A program made the position numbers and the translations under genes. 64,000 nucleotides of DNA. Origin: a virus. Taxonomy: Duplodnaviria; Caudoviricetes. The stretch spans positions 817 through 64,816 of the IMG/VR virus record IMGVR_UViG_2634166353_000002; one strand, 5' to 3'. Shown in pieces: positions 47,118 to 55,284 of the stretch (position 1 is the first letter of the stretch; every line of letters begins with the position of its first letter). The notes under the pieces were generated by a model. It saw only the letters and a list, made by a program, of their open reading frames with translations. It searched no databases and was not told the DNA's origin.

Positions 47118-47738
47118 TTACGACTTGACCCGACCCGATCGCATAACCCAAGCTTCGTCTCCGAGTTCGACATCGTGGTCCGAGGTTGAGCTTTCGTCGA
47201 CCGAAAACTCGTCCCAGATCTTTTGCATTTCCTCGTCGGCGGTCGATTCCTTGACGGTCTCCAGTCCCAGAGATTTCGCTAGGGAGTTGGCGGCGCGCCG
47301 GATTGCGCCGGTATCGGACACGCCCTCGATCATTAGGTAGGGTCGCCCCCATTTGTCGATGCGCTCTTCCGGAGTGCCGAGGGTATACAGGATTTTTTGG
47401 GCAGCGGCAGTAAGCTTGACAAGATTGGGATAGGCTTCGATGTCCATCGGCCCGGGAGACTTGATGGCGAGCGGCTCGGGAATGAGATCTGTGCCTTCTG
47501 GCCGCTTGAAGATGGACGGCCTCGCACGCCGCTCGCGCGGCGGATCATGGGGCAAGTCTTCGCCGGACGTCGCGGTCATTACAGTGTAGCAGCTGCCCTC
47601 GTCGACGTAGCGTAGCAGTACATAGCCGCCGGCCTGCATGTAAAACTGCCGATTCTGCTTCGGCATCTTAGACGTTGAGGCCATGTGAGCCATATAATCT
47701 TCTCCTGCTTCTAATGACCGCAACGTATCGCCTTCCAA
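47118..47738 (-). CDS. Hypothetical protein (moron)
   Basis: 206-codon ORF in a lower-GC insert; acidic C-terminus; start may be internal. Confidence 0.65.
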   Translation of the reverse strand: MEGDTLRSLEAGEDYMAHMASTSKMPKQNRQFYMQAGGYVLLRYVDEGSCYTVMTATSGEDLPHDPPRERRARPSIFKRPEGTDLIPEPLAIKSPGPMDIEAYPNLVKLTAAAQKILYTLGTPEERIDKWGRPYLMIEGVSDTGAIRRAANSLAKSLGLETVKESTADEEMQKIWDEFSVDESSTSDHDVELGDEAWVMRSGRVKS

Positions 47739-47885
47739 TAGCTATGATAAGGTGCAAAATCCATATAAGCGTTTACCGCGCTTGAGCGCGGCCCCGAACT
47801 CGGCTCGGGAGATGTGACCGACCGCCGCTTGCCGCCCTTATGTCTCAGTTCGAGTTCCTGTCGGCGCTCAAGTCAGGAATAGCCA

Positions 47886-48308
47886 ATGCCCACCCCCCGC
47901 GAAACCATCCTGACCGCGCTGGCGGACCTCTTGCGCACCATTGCGCATGCACCAGTTCTGCGCGGAGAGGTCCTTCCGGAGCGCGTGCCGGCCGGTGGCC
48001 TGCTGATCCTGCGCGACGGCAGCCCGGGCGAGCCCGACATGACACTCTCGCCGCTGGCCTACCACTACCAGCACCGCGCCGAGATCGAGGCGGTGGTACA
48101 AGGCACCAAGCGGGACAGCCTTTTCGATGCACTGACAGCGCAAATCGGCGCCGTGATCGCAGCCGACCGCACGCTGGGCGGCCTCTGCGACTGGGTCGAG
48201 CCTGAGGCGCCCGAACCGGTCGACCTGCCCGTCGAGGCCGGAGCACCCCTCAAGGCCGCGGTCATACCGGTGGTGCTGCACTATTCCACGGCCGACCCGC
48301 TTTCCTGA
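47886..48308 (+). CDS. Tail completion/terminator-like protein
   Basis: MPTPRETIL..YQHRAEIE..ADRTLGGLCDWVE; precedes the tail tube gene. Confidence 0.75.
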   Translation: MPTPRETILTALADLLRTIAHAPVLRGEVLPERVPAGGLLILRDGSPGEPDMTLSPLAYHYQHRAEIEAVVQGTKRDSLFDALTAQIGAVIAADRTLGGLCDWVEPEAPEPVDLPVEAGAPLKAAVIPVVLHYSTADPLS

Positions 48309-48673
48309 TCGGTCGGGGCTGTGGCCCTGGGCGTCGCGCGGGGGATGCACGCCCCCTCCAGCTGCGCACCGCTCTCGATTCTCAGGCTGTCATAGGTGAT
48401 GTCACCGACCACGCGGGCGCTGGCGTGTAATTGCACCGCGCCGCCTTTGATCCGGCCCTTGAAACGCCCTTTGATGGCAATGCTTGAGGCGCGCAGTTCG
48501 CCTTCGACCTCGCCGGCCTCCTCGATCACGATCCCGGCAGCTTCGACGTTGCCGTTCACGTAGCCAGGCAACTCGACTGTTCCTGGAAAATAGAGCTCGC
48601 CGGTGATGCGTGAGCCGGCACCGAGGTGCGACCGGCCGCCAGACCCCGCCGGGGCGCGCGGTTCATCCGTCAT
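48281..48673 (-). CDS. Bactofilin (polymer-forming cytoskeletal protein; moron)
   Basis: LGAGSRITGEL..G.VNGNV..IEEAGEVEGEL..IKGRFKGRI..LHASARVVGDITYDSLRIESGAQLEG beta-helix repeats. Confidence 0.88.
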   Translation of the reverse strand: MTDEPRAPAGSGGRSHLGAGSRITGELYFPGTVELPGYVNGNVEAAGIVIEEAGEVEGELRASSIAIKGRFKGRIKGGAVQLHASARVVGDITYDSLRIESGAQLEGACIPRATPRATAPTDQESGSAVE

Positions 48674-48745
48674 TCAATACTGTCCCTTTTTCGTTTCCTG
48701 CCGCTTTTAGCAGATCGGCAGCTTGACCCTACAGGAGAAACCACC

Positions 48746-49687
48746 ATGGCACGAGCGCAAGGCGCGCGGGCGCAGATGGCGCTCGGCTTCGAGACGACCT
48801 ATGGAACCCCGCCTGCGAGCGGCTTCACGCGGATGCCGTTTGCGAGCACGACGCTGGGGGCGGAGCAGCCGCTGCAAACATCGGAGCTTCTGGGCTATGG
48901 CCGCGATCCGCTGGCGCCGATCAAGGACGCCGTGACGGCGGACGGCGATGTGGTCATTCCGATCGATGCGCGGGCGTTCGGGGTCTGGCTGAAGGCGGCG
49001 TTCGGCGCGCCCACAACCACGGGGCTGGAGGCGCCCTACACCCACGCGTTCCACTCCGGCAATTGGTCGCTGCCGAGCTTCTCGATCGAGACCGGCATGC
49101 CCGAGGTGCCGCGCTATGCGATGTATGCGGGCTGCATGGTGGATTCCCTGAGCTGGCAGATGGCGCGCTCGGGGCTTTTGACGGCCACTGCGCGCATCGT
49201 GGCGCAGGGCGAGGAGGTGGCCGCGTCCACGCAGGCTGGCTCTCCGACGGAGCTGACGCTGCAGCGGTTCGGCCACTTCAACGGGTCCGTGACGCGCGAC
49301 GGCACCGCGATCGGCAATATCGTTTCGGCCGATATCAATTACGCCAACAATCTCGATCGCATCGAGACCATCCGGGCGGACGGCAAGATTGCGGGAGCCG
49401 ATCCGTCGATCGCGGCGCTGACCGGCAGTGTTGCGGTGCGGTTCTCGGATCAGACGCTGGTGAGCCAGGCAATCAACGGTGAGGCCTGCGAGCTGGAGTT
49501 CTCCTATGCACTGGCGTCGGGCGAGAGCCTCACGGTCACGGCGCATTCCGTCTATCTGCCGGTGCCGCGGGTGGAGATCTCTGGCCCGCAGGGGATCCAG
49601 GCCACGTTTGACTGGCAGGCCGCGAAAAACGACACGGCGGGCCGCATGGCCACGGTCACGCTCGTCAATGACATGGAGGCATACTGA
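48746..49687 (+). CDS. Tail tube protein
   Basis: MARAQGARAQMAL, ISGPQGIQATFDWQAA; RBS AGGAGA upstream. Confidence 0.88.
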   Translation: MARAQGARAQMALGFETTYGTPPASGFTRMPFASTTLGAEQPLQTSELLGYGRDPLAPIKDAVTADGDVVIPIDARAFGVWLKAAFGAPTTTGLEAPYTHAFHSGNWSLPSFSIETGMPEVPRYAMYAGCMVDSLSWQMARSGLLTATARIVAQGEEVAASTQAGSPTELTLQRFGHFNGSVTRDGTAIGNIVSADINYANNLDRIETIRADGKIAGADPSIAALTGSVAVRFSDQTLVSQAINGEACELEFSYALASGESLTVTAHSVYLPVPRVEISGPQGIQATFDWQAAKNDTAGRMATVTLVNDMEAY

Positions 49688-50070
49688 TGCTGCGTCTCAA
49701 TATGGACAATCGCGAGCCCTCCTGGGTCGATCTTGGCCACGGTGTGCGGCTTCTTGTGGAACCTCTCTCGACGGCGGTGATGCTGGCCGCGCGCGCGGAC
49801 CCGGCGGTGATTGCCGCAGCGGGCACGACGGCCGACCTCGAGGGGGCGGCGGATCCCGGGCGCGATGAGACGGTGGCGGTGATCGTGGCAAAGGCGGTGG
49901 CGCGCATCGTGGTGACCGACTGGGAAGGCGTGGGCGACGCCGATGGCACGCCGCTGCCTGTGAGCCCCGACGGCATCGACGCGCTTCTCGACCTCTGGCC
50001 GATCTTCGAGGCGTTCCAGACACGCTATATCGCGGGCGGCCTGATCCTGGAGCAGGAAAAAAACGCCTGA
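49687..50070 (+). CDS. Tail assembly chaperone (gpG-like)
   Basis: Between tube and tape measure; ends EQEKNA over an A AAA AAC slippery site. Confidence 0.82.
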   Translation: MLRLNMDNREPSWVDLGHGVRLLVEPLSTAVMLAARADPAVIAAAGTTADLEGAADPGRDETVAVIVAKAVARIVVTDWEGVGDADGTPLPVSPDGIDALLDLWPIFEAFQTRYIAGGLILEQEKNA

Positions 50071-50411
50071 CCGCCCTCGCCGACTGGGAGTTCGGCGGGG
50101 GCGGTGCCTATTGCGCGGCCTGCAATCGCACGTGCCCGGATTGCCCACGGATCGTACATGCGCCGCAAACGCTCGAAGGCTGGCAGGTCTGGGATCTGGT
50201 GCAGCGTCTCGGCGGGCAGATGCGGGTGGTGGCGAGCGGCCAAGGCGGCGCTGTCACCGGCTGGGACATGAGCGCGGCCCTGCAACTGGGCACCGCCCTT
50301 GGGCTTTGCCCCCGCATCGTCGCGGAGCTGCTGCCGCCCATCGAGGCGGTGATGGTCCGCAAGATGAGCGAGCAGCGTGGCTCAGGCGACCTCGAGGGGT
50401 TTGATCCCTGA
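50058..50411 (+). CDS. -1 frameshift extension of the tail chaperone (gpGT-like)
   Basis: A AAA AAC at 50058-50064; -1 frame open to 50411 (KRLTALADWEF..CAACNRTCPDC..QTLEGWQVWDL). Confidence 0.75.
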   Translation, partial: KKRLTALADWEFGGGGAYCAACNRTCPDCPRIVHAPQTLEGWQVWDLVQRLGGQMRVVASGQGGAVTGWDMSAALQLGTALGLCPRIVAELLPPIEAVMVRKMSEQRGSGDLEGFDP

Positions 50412-50672
50412 GACGTCAATCGTTTCCCGGGCCCGGGCAAGGTCCCAGGCGCGCTGGAGGTTCATCCAGTATTCCGGCGTCGTCGAGAAGAACCGTGCCA
50501 GCCGCATGGCGGTATCGACCGTGATCGCGGTCTCACCTTTGACCAGGCGCTCGATGCGGGTGCGGGGCACGTTGAGGTGCGCTGCCAGTGTAATCGCGCT
50601 CATGTCGAGCGGTTCAAGATAAAGCTCGGCCAAAACTTCGCCTGGATGGGATGGGTTGGTCATGAGGCTCAT
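50382..50672 (-). CDS. higA: HigA-family antitoxin
   Basis: HPGEVL, ITVDTAMRLARFFSTTPEYWMNLQ. Confidence 0.92.
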   Translation of the reverse strand: MSLMTNPSHPGEVLAELYLEPLDMSAITLAAHLNVPRTRIERLVKGETAITVDTAMRLARFFSTTPEYWMNLQRAWDLARARETIDVSGIKPLEVA

Positions 50673-50684
50673 GTGGTGCCCCTC

Positions 50685-50966
50685 CTAGTGATAGTCCACG
50701 ATCTCGACCTCGGCAGGCCCCTGATCGGTCCAGATGAAACAGATGCGCCATTGTCCGTTGATGCGCACCGAATATTGTCCCGCGCGGTCGCCGCTCAGGG
50801 CTTCGAGATGGTTGCCCGGCGGAAACCGCAAATCCTCAAGTACGACCGCGGCGTCCAATGCCGAGAGCATGGCCCGGGTTCGCTTGATCAGATCAGCCGG
50901 GAAGCCCTTGCCGAAGCGGTCCTGAACCGCGCCTGCGGCAAGCTTTCCACGTGTGCTGACGATCAT
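50685..50966 (-). CDS. higB: HigB-family (RelE-like) toxin
   Basis: [35 protein letters not shown]. Confidence 0.92.
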   Translation of the reverse strand: MIVSTRGKLAAGAVQDRFGKGFPADLIKRTRAMLSALDAAVVLEDLRFPPGNHLEALSGDRAGQYSVRINGQWRICFIWTDQGPAEVEIVDYH

Positions 50967-50972
50967 GTCTCC

Positions 50973-50993
50973 ATGTATCATGACGTGATACAT
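50973..50993. promoter_or_regulatory. Palindromic operator upstream of higB
   Basis: ATGTATCA-TGACG-TGATACAT perfect 8-bp inverted repeat. Confidence 0.65.
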
Positions 50994-51013
50994 TGTTCAA
51001 GGGCGCTATTGTG

Positions 51014-53425
51014 ATGGCCACAAAACAAGTCTCCGTCCGCCTGTCAGCCACGGGCGGGCGCCAGGTGCGCGCCGAGCTCGAGGGGGTGGGCAAATCCGGG
51101 TCCAGGGGCATGCAGCGCCTGTCGCGCGAGATGGACGCGGCCAACAGGCGCATGGCGGCGTTTGGGCGCCGCGCGCGGGTGGCAGCGGCGGCCGCCACTG
51201 CTGCTGTTGCCGCGGCCGGCGTGGCGCTGGTGCGCACCGGGCTGCAGACGGTGGATGCGCAGGCCAAGCTGGCGCAATCGCTCGATACCACGGTGGCGAG
51301 CGTGCAGGTGCTGGAGCGCGCGGCGGAGCTGTCCGGCTCAAAAATGGCCGAGCTCGAGGCGGGCGCGGCGCGGCTGACGCGGCGCTTGTCGCTGTTCGCG
51401 GCCGATGGCAGCGGGCCGGCGGCCGGGGCGATCGAGCGGCTGACCCTCAACGCGGGTGAGTTGCTGCGGCTGCCGCTGGACAAGCGCATCGCGGTGGTGA
51501 CCCAAGCCATTCGCGACAATGCGGCGGCCTCGGAGCAGGCGGCGCTGTTCAGCCAGCTGTTTGGCGACCGGGGCTTTGTGGCGTTCCAGCGCCTGGACAG
51601 CGCCACGCTGCGCCAGGCGACCGAGGATCTCGCGGCCTTCGGCGTGATGGTCTCGGATCAGGATGCGGACCAGATCGAGCGGACCAATGACGCGCTGTCG
51701 CGGCTCGGGCTCATCGGGCGCGGCGTGGCAAACCAGATCGCGGTGGCGGCGGCGCCGGCCCTGGAGACCCTGGCCGACGCCTTGGCCTCTGCGGCCCGTG
51801 TCACCGGGCCGCTTGGCCGGGTGATCACCGGGCTGATCGGCAATCTTGACCGGATCGCGGTCCATGCCGGCACGTTCGCGGGGCTCATGGCGGGCAAATG
51901 GGTGGCCGGCCTGGCGGCGGCGGCGCTGTCGGTGCGCGGGCTGGCGACCACGCTGGTGGTCCTGAAGGGCGCGCTCATCCGCACCGGCATTGGCGCGCTG
52001 GTCGTGGGGGCGGGTGAGCTGGCCTGGTGGTTCACCAGGCTGGTGCGCGGGGCTGGCAGTTTTGGGGAGGCAATGGGGCTTTTGAAAGCGCTGGCCTCGG
52101 AGGTCTGGTCGAAGGTGTCGCTCTCGGCGCAGGCAGCCTGGGCGAATGTGGAGAGCAGCTGGGCCGATGCGCAGGCGGCGCTCCTCGACGGTCTGCAATC
52201 TGCGACGGACGGGATCACGTCCTGGGCCAACAGCACGATCAACAGCTTTGAGGGTACGTTCCTTGCGGTGCAGGCGATCTGGGAGGCGCTTCCGGGGGTG
52301 TTCAGCCGCATCGGGGCTTTGGCGATCAACGGGCTCGTGGGGGCGATGGAGACCGGCCTCGAGGGGCTGACCGAGGGGGTGAACAGCCTCTTGACGCTCG
52401 GCGGCCGTCGCCCGGACTGGGCCATCGCGGCGCCGGATCTGTCCGAGTGGAAGGCCGCGGTGCCGGAGGCCACCAATCTGGGCGAAGCTGCGCGGGATGC
52501 CTATGAGAGTGCCTTCATGGATGACCCGTTCAAGGCGCCGGTACTGTTCGACGGCATGGCCGATGACGCGCGGCTCCGGGCGGACGGTTACCGGGACGCG
52601 GCGCGCATGCTGAGCACGGCTGCGGCGGGGCCGCTGACCTCGTGGCAGGCGCTGAAGGATGCCATGACCGGGGCCGGCGATGCGGGCTCGGCGGCGCTCG
52701 AGGACGCGGCGGCTTCGGCTGAGAAGGTCACGGATGCGCTGACCAAAGCCGGCGGCGCGGCGAAAGACACCAAGGAGGAGCTCTCCGGGTTTGCCGCGGT
52801 GAGCCAGAGCCTGAAGGACTACGCCAGCACGGCGATGGACTGGGGCAAGGGGCTTGGCGAGACGCTGACCGGGGCGTTCAGCGGCGCCGAGAGCGCGTTC
52901 CGCAGTTTCGTGGAGACCGGCAAGCTGGACTTCAGGAGCCTGGTGCGCTCGATCCTTGCGGATCTGGCGGTGCTCGCCTTCAAGAACGCCGTTCTGGGGC
53001 CGATTGCAAACGCGCTCTCGGGCGTGTTCGGCGGCGGATCGGTGGCCGCGGCCGTGTCGCATAACGGTGGCATGGTGGGGCTCTCGGGCATGGCGCGGCG
53101 GGTGCCGGCGGCGGTGTTTGCCGGCGCACCGCGGATGCATTCGGGGGGCACCGTGGGGCCGGGGGACGCCTGGGCCGGGCTACGCCCCGATGAGGTACCC
53201 ACGATCCTGCAGCGCGGTGAGCGGGTGCTGAGCCGTCGTGAGGCGGCCGGGTATGGGCCGGGCGCACCCGGTGCGGGCGGTGTCACTGTCCATATCGACG
53301 CGCGCGGGGCGCAGATGGGGGTGGCCGAGCAGATCGATGCGCGGCTGCGCGCGGCGCTGCCGGAAATCAAACGGGTTGCGATCGAGAGCGTGCGCGATCG
53401 CCGGCAGCGGGGGTATGCGGTATGA
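51014..53425 (+). CDS. Tail tape measure protein
   Basis: Long Ala-rich helical ORF after the chaperones; C-terminal HSGG..GLRPDEVPTILQRGERVL. Confidence 0.9.
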   Translation: MATKQVSVRLSATGGRQVRAELEGVGKSGSRGMQRLSREMDAANRRMAAFGRRARVAAAAATAAVAAAGVALVRTGLQTVDAQAKLAQSLDTTVASVQVLERAAELSGSKMAELEAGAARLTRRLSLFAADGSGPAAGAIERLTLNAGELLRLPLDKRIAVVTQAIRDNAAASEQAALFSQLFGDRGFVAFQRLDSATLRQATEDLAAFGVMVSDQDADQIERTNDALSRLGLIGRGVANQIAVAAAPALETLADALASAARVTGPLGRVITGLIGNLDRIAVHAGTFAGLMAGKWVAGLAAAALSVRGLATTLVVLKGALIRTGIGALVVGAGELAWWFTRLVRGAGSFGEAMGLLKALASEVWSKVSLSAQAAWANVESSWADAQAALLDGLQSATDGITSWANSTINSFEGTFLAVQAIWEALPGVFSRIGALAINGLVGAMETGLEGLTEGVNSLLTLGGRRPDWAIAAPDLSEWKAAVPEATNLGEAARDAYESAFMDDPFKAPVLFDGMADDARLRADGYRDAARMLSTAAAGPLTSWQALKDAMTGAGDAGSAALEDAAASAEKVTDALTKAGGAAKDTKEELSGFAAVSQSLKDYASTAMDWGKGLGETLTGAFSGAESAFRSFVETGKLDFRSLVRSILADLAVLAFKNAVLGPIANALSGVFGGGSVAAAVSHNGGMVGLSGMARRVPAAVFAGAPRMHSGGTVGPGDAWAGLRPDEVPTILQRGERVLSRREAAGYGPGAPGAGGVTVHIDARGAQMGVAEQIDARLRAALPEIKRVAIESVRDRRQRGYAV

Positions 53426-54015
53426 GCGAGCTTCCGTTGACGCTGATCCAGTCCATCGAGCGGCGGCTGGTGACGGCGGTCTCGGCGCAAACCTCGCCCT
53501 TCACCGGCCGCCAGCAGATCCAGGACTGGGGCGGCGAATGGTGGGAGGTCACGTTTGACGTGGCGCTGACCAAGGGCCGGGCGGGCCGGCGGCTGTCGGC
53601 GGTCTTCACCGCGCTTGGCGGGATGCGGGGCTGGTTTGTCCTGCGCGATCCTTCCATGGCGCGGCCGGACCTGGCGCAAAAAACCATCACCGTGCGTGGC
53701 GCCGGCCAGTCGGGCAATGCGCTCACCACGTTGGGGTGGGATGCGCAGGCGCTGGTGCTCGCGGCGGGGGATTTTGTCTCGCTCGGGACGGGCCAGGACA
53801 TGCGGCTTTACCAGGTCACCGAGGATGCAGTGGCCGATGCCAACGGCGCCGCGGTGCTGCGCGTCACGCCGCGGCTGCGCGCGGCGCCGGTGGATCTGAG
53901 CCCGGTGGAGGTTGCCGCGCCCGGGATTGTGCTGCGCTTGACTGCGCCGGTGCCCACGCGCATCAGCCGGGCCGACAGCTTCCGCTTCTCTGTGACCGCC
54001 CGGGAGGCGCTCTGA
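53422..54015 (+). CDS. Distal tail protein-like
   Basis: SPFTGRQQIQDWGGEWW; follows the tape measure. Confidence 0.72.
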   Translation: MSELPLTLIQSIERRLVTAVSAQTSPFTGRQQIQDWGGEWWEVTFDVALTKGRAGRRLSAVFTALGGMRGWFVLRDPSMARPDLAQKTITVRGAGQSGNALTTLGWDAQALVLAAGDFVSLGTGQDMRLYQVTEDAVADANGAAVLRVTPRLRAAPVDLSPVEVAAPGIVLRLTAPVPTRISRADSFRFSVTAREAL

Positions 54016-54575
54016 TGGCCCGGGAAATGTCGGCGGAGATCGCCGCGGCGCTGACGGAGGGCGAGCTGCGCCCCATCCTCTTCTTCGAGGGGGAGTTCGC
54101 CTCGGGCTGGGTGCGGATCTGGTCCGGGCTGGGCGATATCACCTGGACCGGGCAGACCTGGACCGGGGTTGGCAGTCTTTTGGGGCTGGGCGCGATCGAG
54201 GAGACGCAGCAGGTCGTGGCGGGTGGCACCACGGTGTCGCTGTCGGGCGTGCCGCTGGAGATGGTGGCGCTGGCCATTGATGAGGCGCGCCAGGGCAAGC
54301 CCGGCCGGGTGTGGCTGGGGCTCTTGACGGAGGATCGCGAGATCATCGCGGATCCGGTGCAGGCCTTTACCGGCCGGCTCGACGTGCCGGAGATCGCGGA
54401 TACGGGTGAGAGCTGCACGGTGACGATCAGCTACGAGAACCGGTTGATCGATCTGGGGACGGCGCGCAACTGGCGCTACACGCATGAAAGCCAGCAGGCG
54501 CTGGCGCCGGGCGATCAGGGCTTCGCCTTCGTCACCACGATCCAGGACAAGGAAATCACCTGGGGGCGGGGATGA
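54015..54575 (+). CDS. Minor tail protein
   Basis: FASGWVRIWSGLGD..WTGVGSLL, FTGRLD, RYTHESQQ. Confidence 0.75.
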   Translation: MAREMSAEIAAALTEGELRPILFFEGEFASGWVRIWSGLGDITWTGQTWTGVGSLLGLGAIEETQQVVAGGTTVSLSGVPLEMVALAIDEARQGKPGRVWLGLLTEDREIIADPVQAFTGRLDVPEIADTGESCTVTISYENRLIDLGTARNWRYTHESQQALAPGDQGFAFVTTIQDKEITWGRG

Positions 54576-54882
54576 GATGCGGCGATGCAGAACCATCAAC
54601 ACTTGACATGTGACTGTCACAGAGGTCCGCTCGCGCACCCGTGCTCACTTCTCTGGCGCCTCTCATAAAAATTAATAACGCCAAATCAATGGCTTGTAGT
54701 TTTTGCCTAATTTTTAGGCGAAACCCCTAAGCTACGGTTACACCGGCGCTTTTTGGCGCCGCCCGCAATCCGTGCACACCATTATCCACAGATTCTGTGA
54801 ACACTTCGGCTCTTGCCAACCCCCGTCTCCTGGCGGGTGGCGATTCCAAGGGCCAGTTCCCGAGAACGCGATGTGAACATCC

Positions 54883-55281
54883 ATGCCTGACCGCCAGACC
54901 CGCCTCATTCTTGCGCTTGACGCGGCGCGGGATATTCCCTTCGCCTGGGGCTGCCATGATTGCGCGACCTGGGCGTTCGATCTGCGCCGGGATCTGACGG
55001 GCGGCGCGGATCACGCGGCACGCTGGCGCGGGCGCTACCGCACCGCGCGTGGCGCGCACCGCGTGATGCGCCGTCTGGGCTGGGAGAGCCTCGAGGGGAT
55101 GGGGCGCGATCTTCTGGGCAATCCGCTTTCCACACCGCTCCTGGCGCAGCGCGGGGACCTGGTGCTGGGCGGCGCGGATCCGGCCTTCGGGATCTGCGCG
55201 GGCGCGCGGGCGGCGTTTGTAGCGCCAAAGGGGCTCATATTCCTGCCGCTGGCCTCCTGTTCTCTGGCCTGGAGGGTCTGA
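54883..55281 (+). CDS. NlpC/P60-like tail-associated protein (DUF6950-like)
   Basis: FAWGCHDCATW, AQRGDLV, AFGIC. Confidence 0.78.
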   Translation: MPDRQTRLILALDAARDIPFAWGCHDCATWAFDLRRDLTGGADHAARWRGRYRTARGAHRVMRRLGWESLEGMGRDLLGNPLSTPLLAQRGDLVLGGADPAFGICAGARAAFVAPKGLIFLPLASCSLAWRV

Positions 55282-55284
55282 TCC

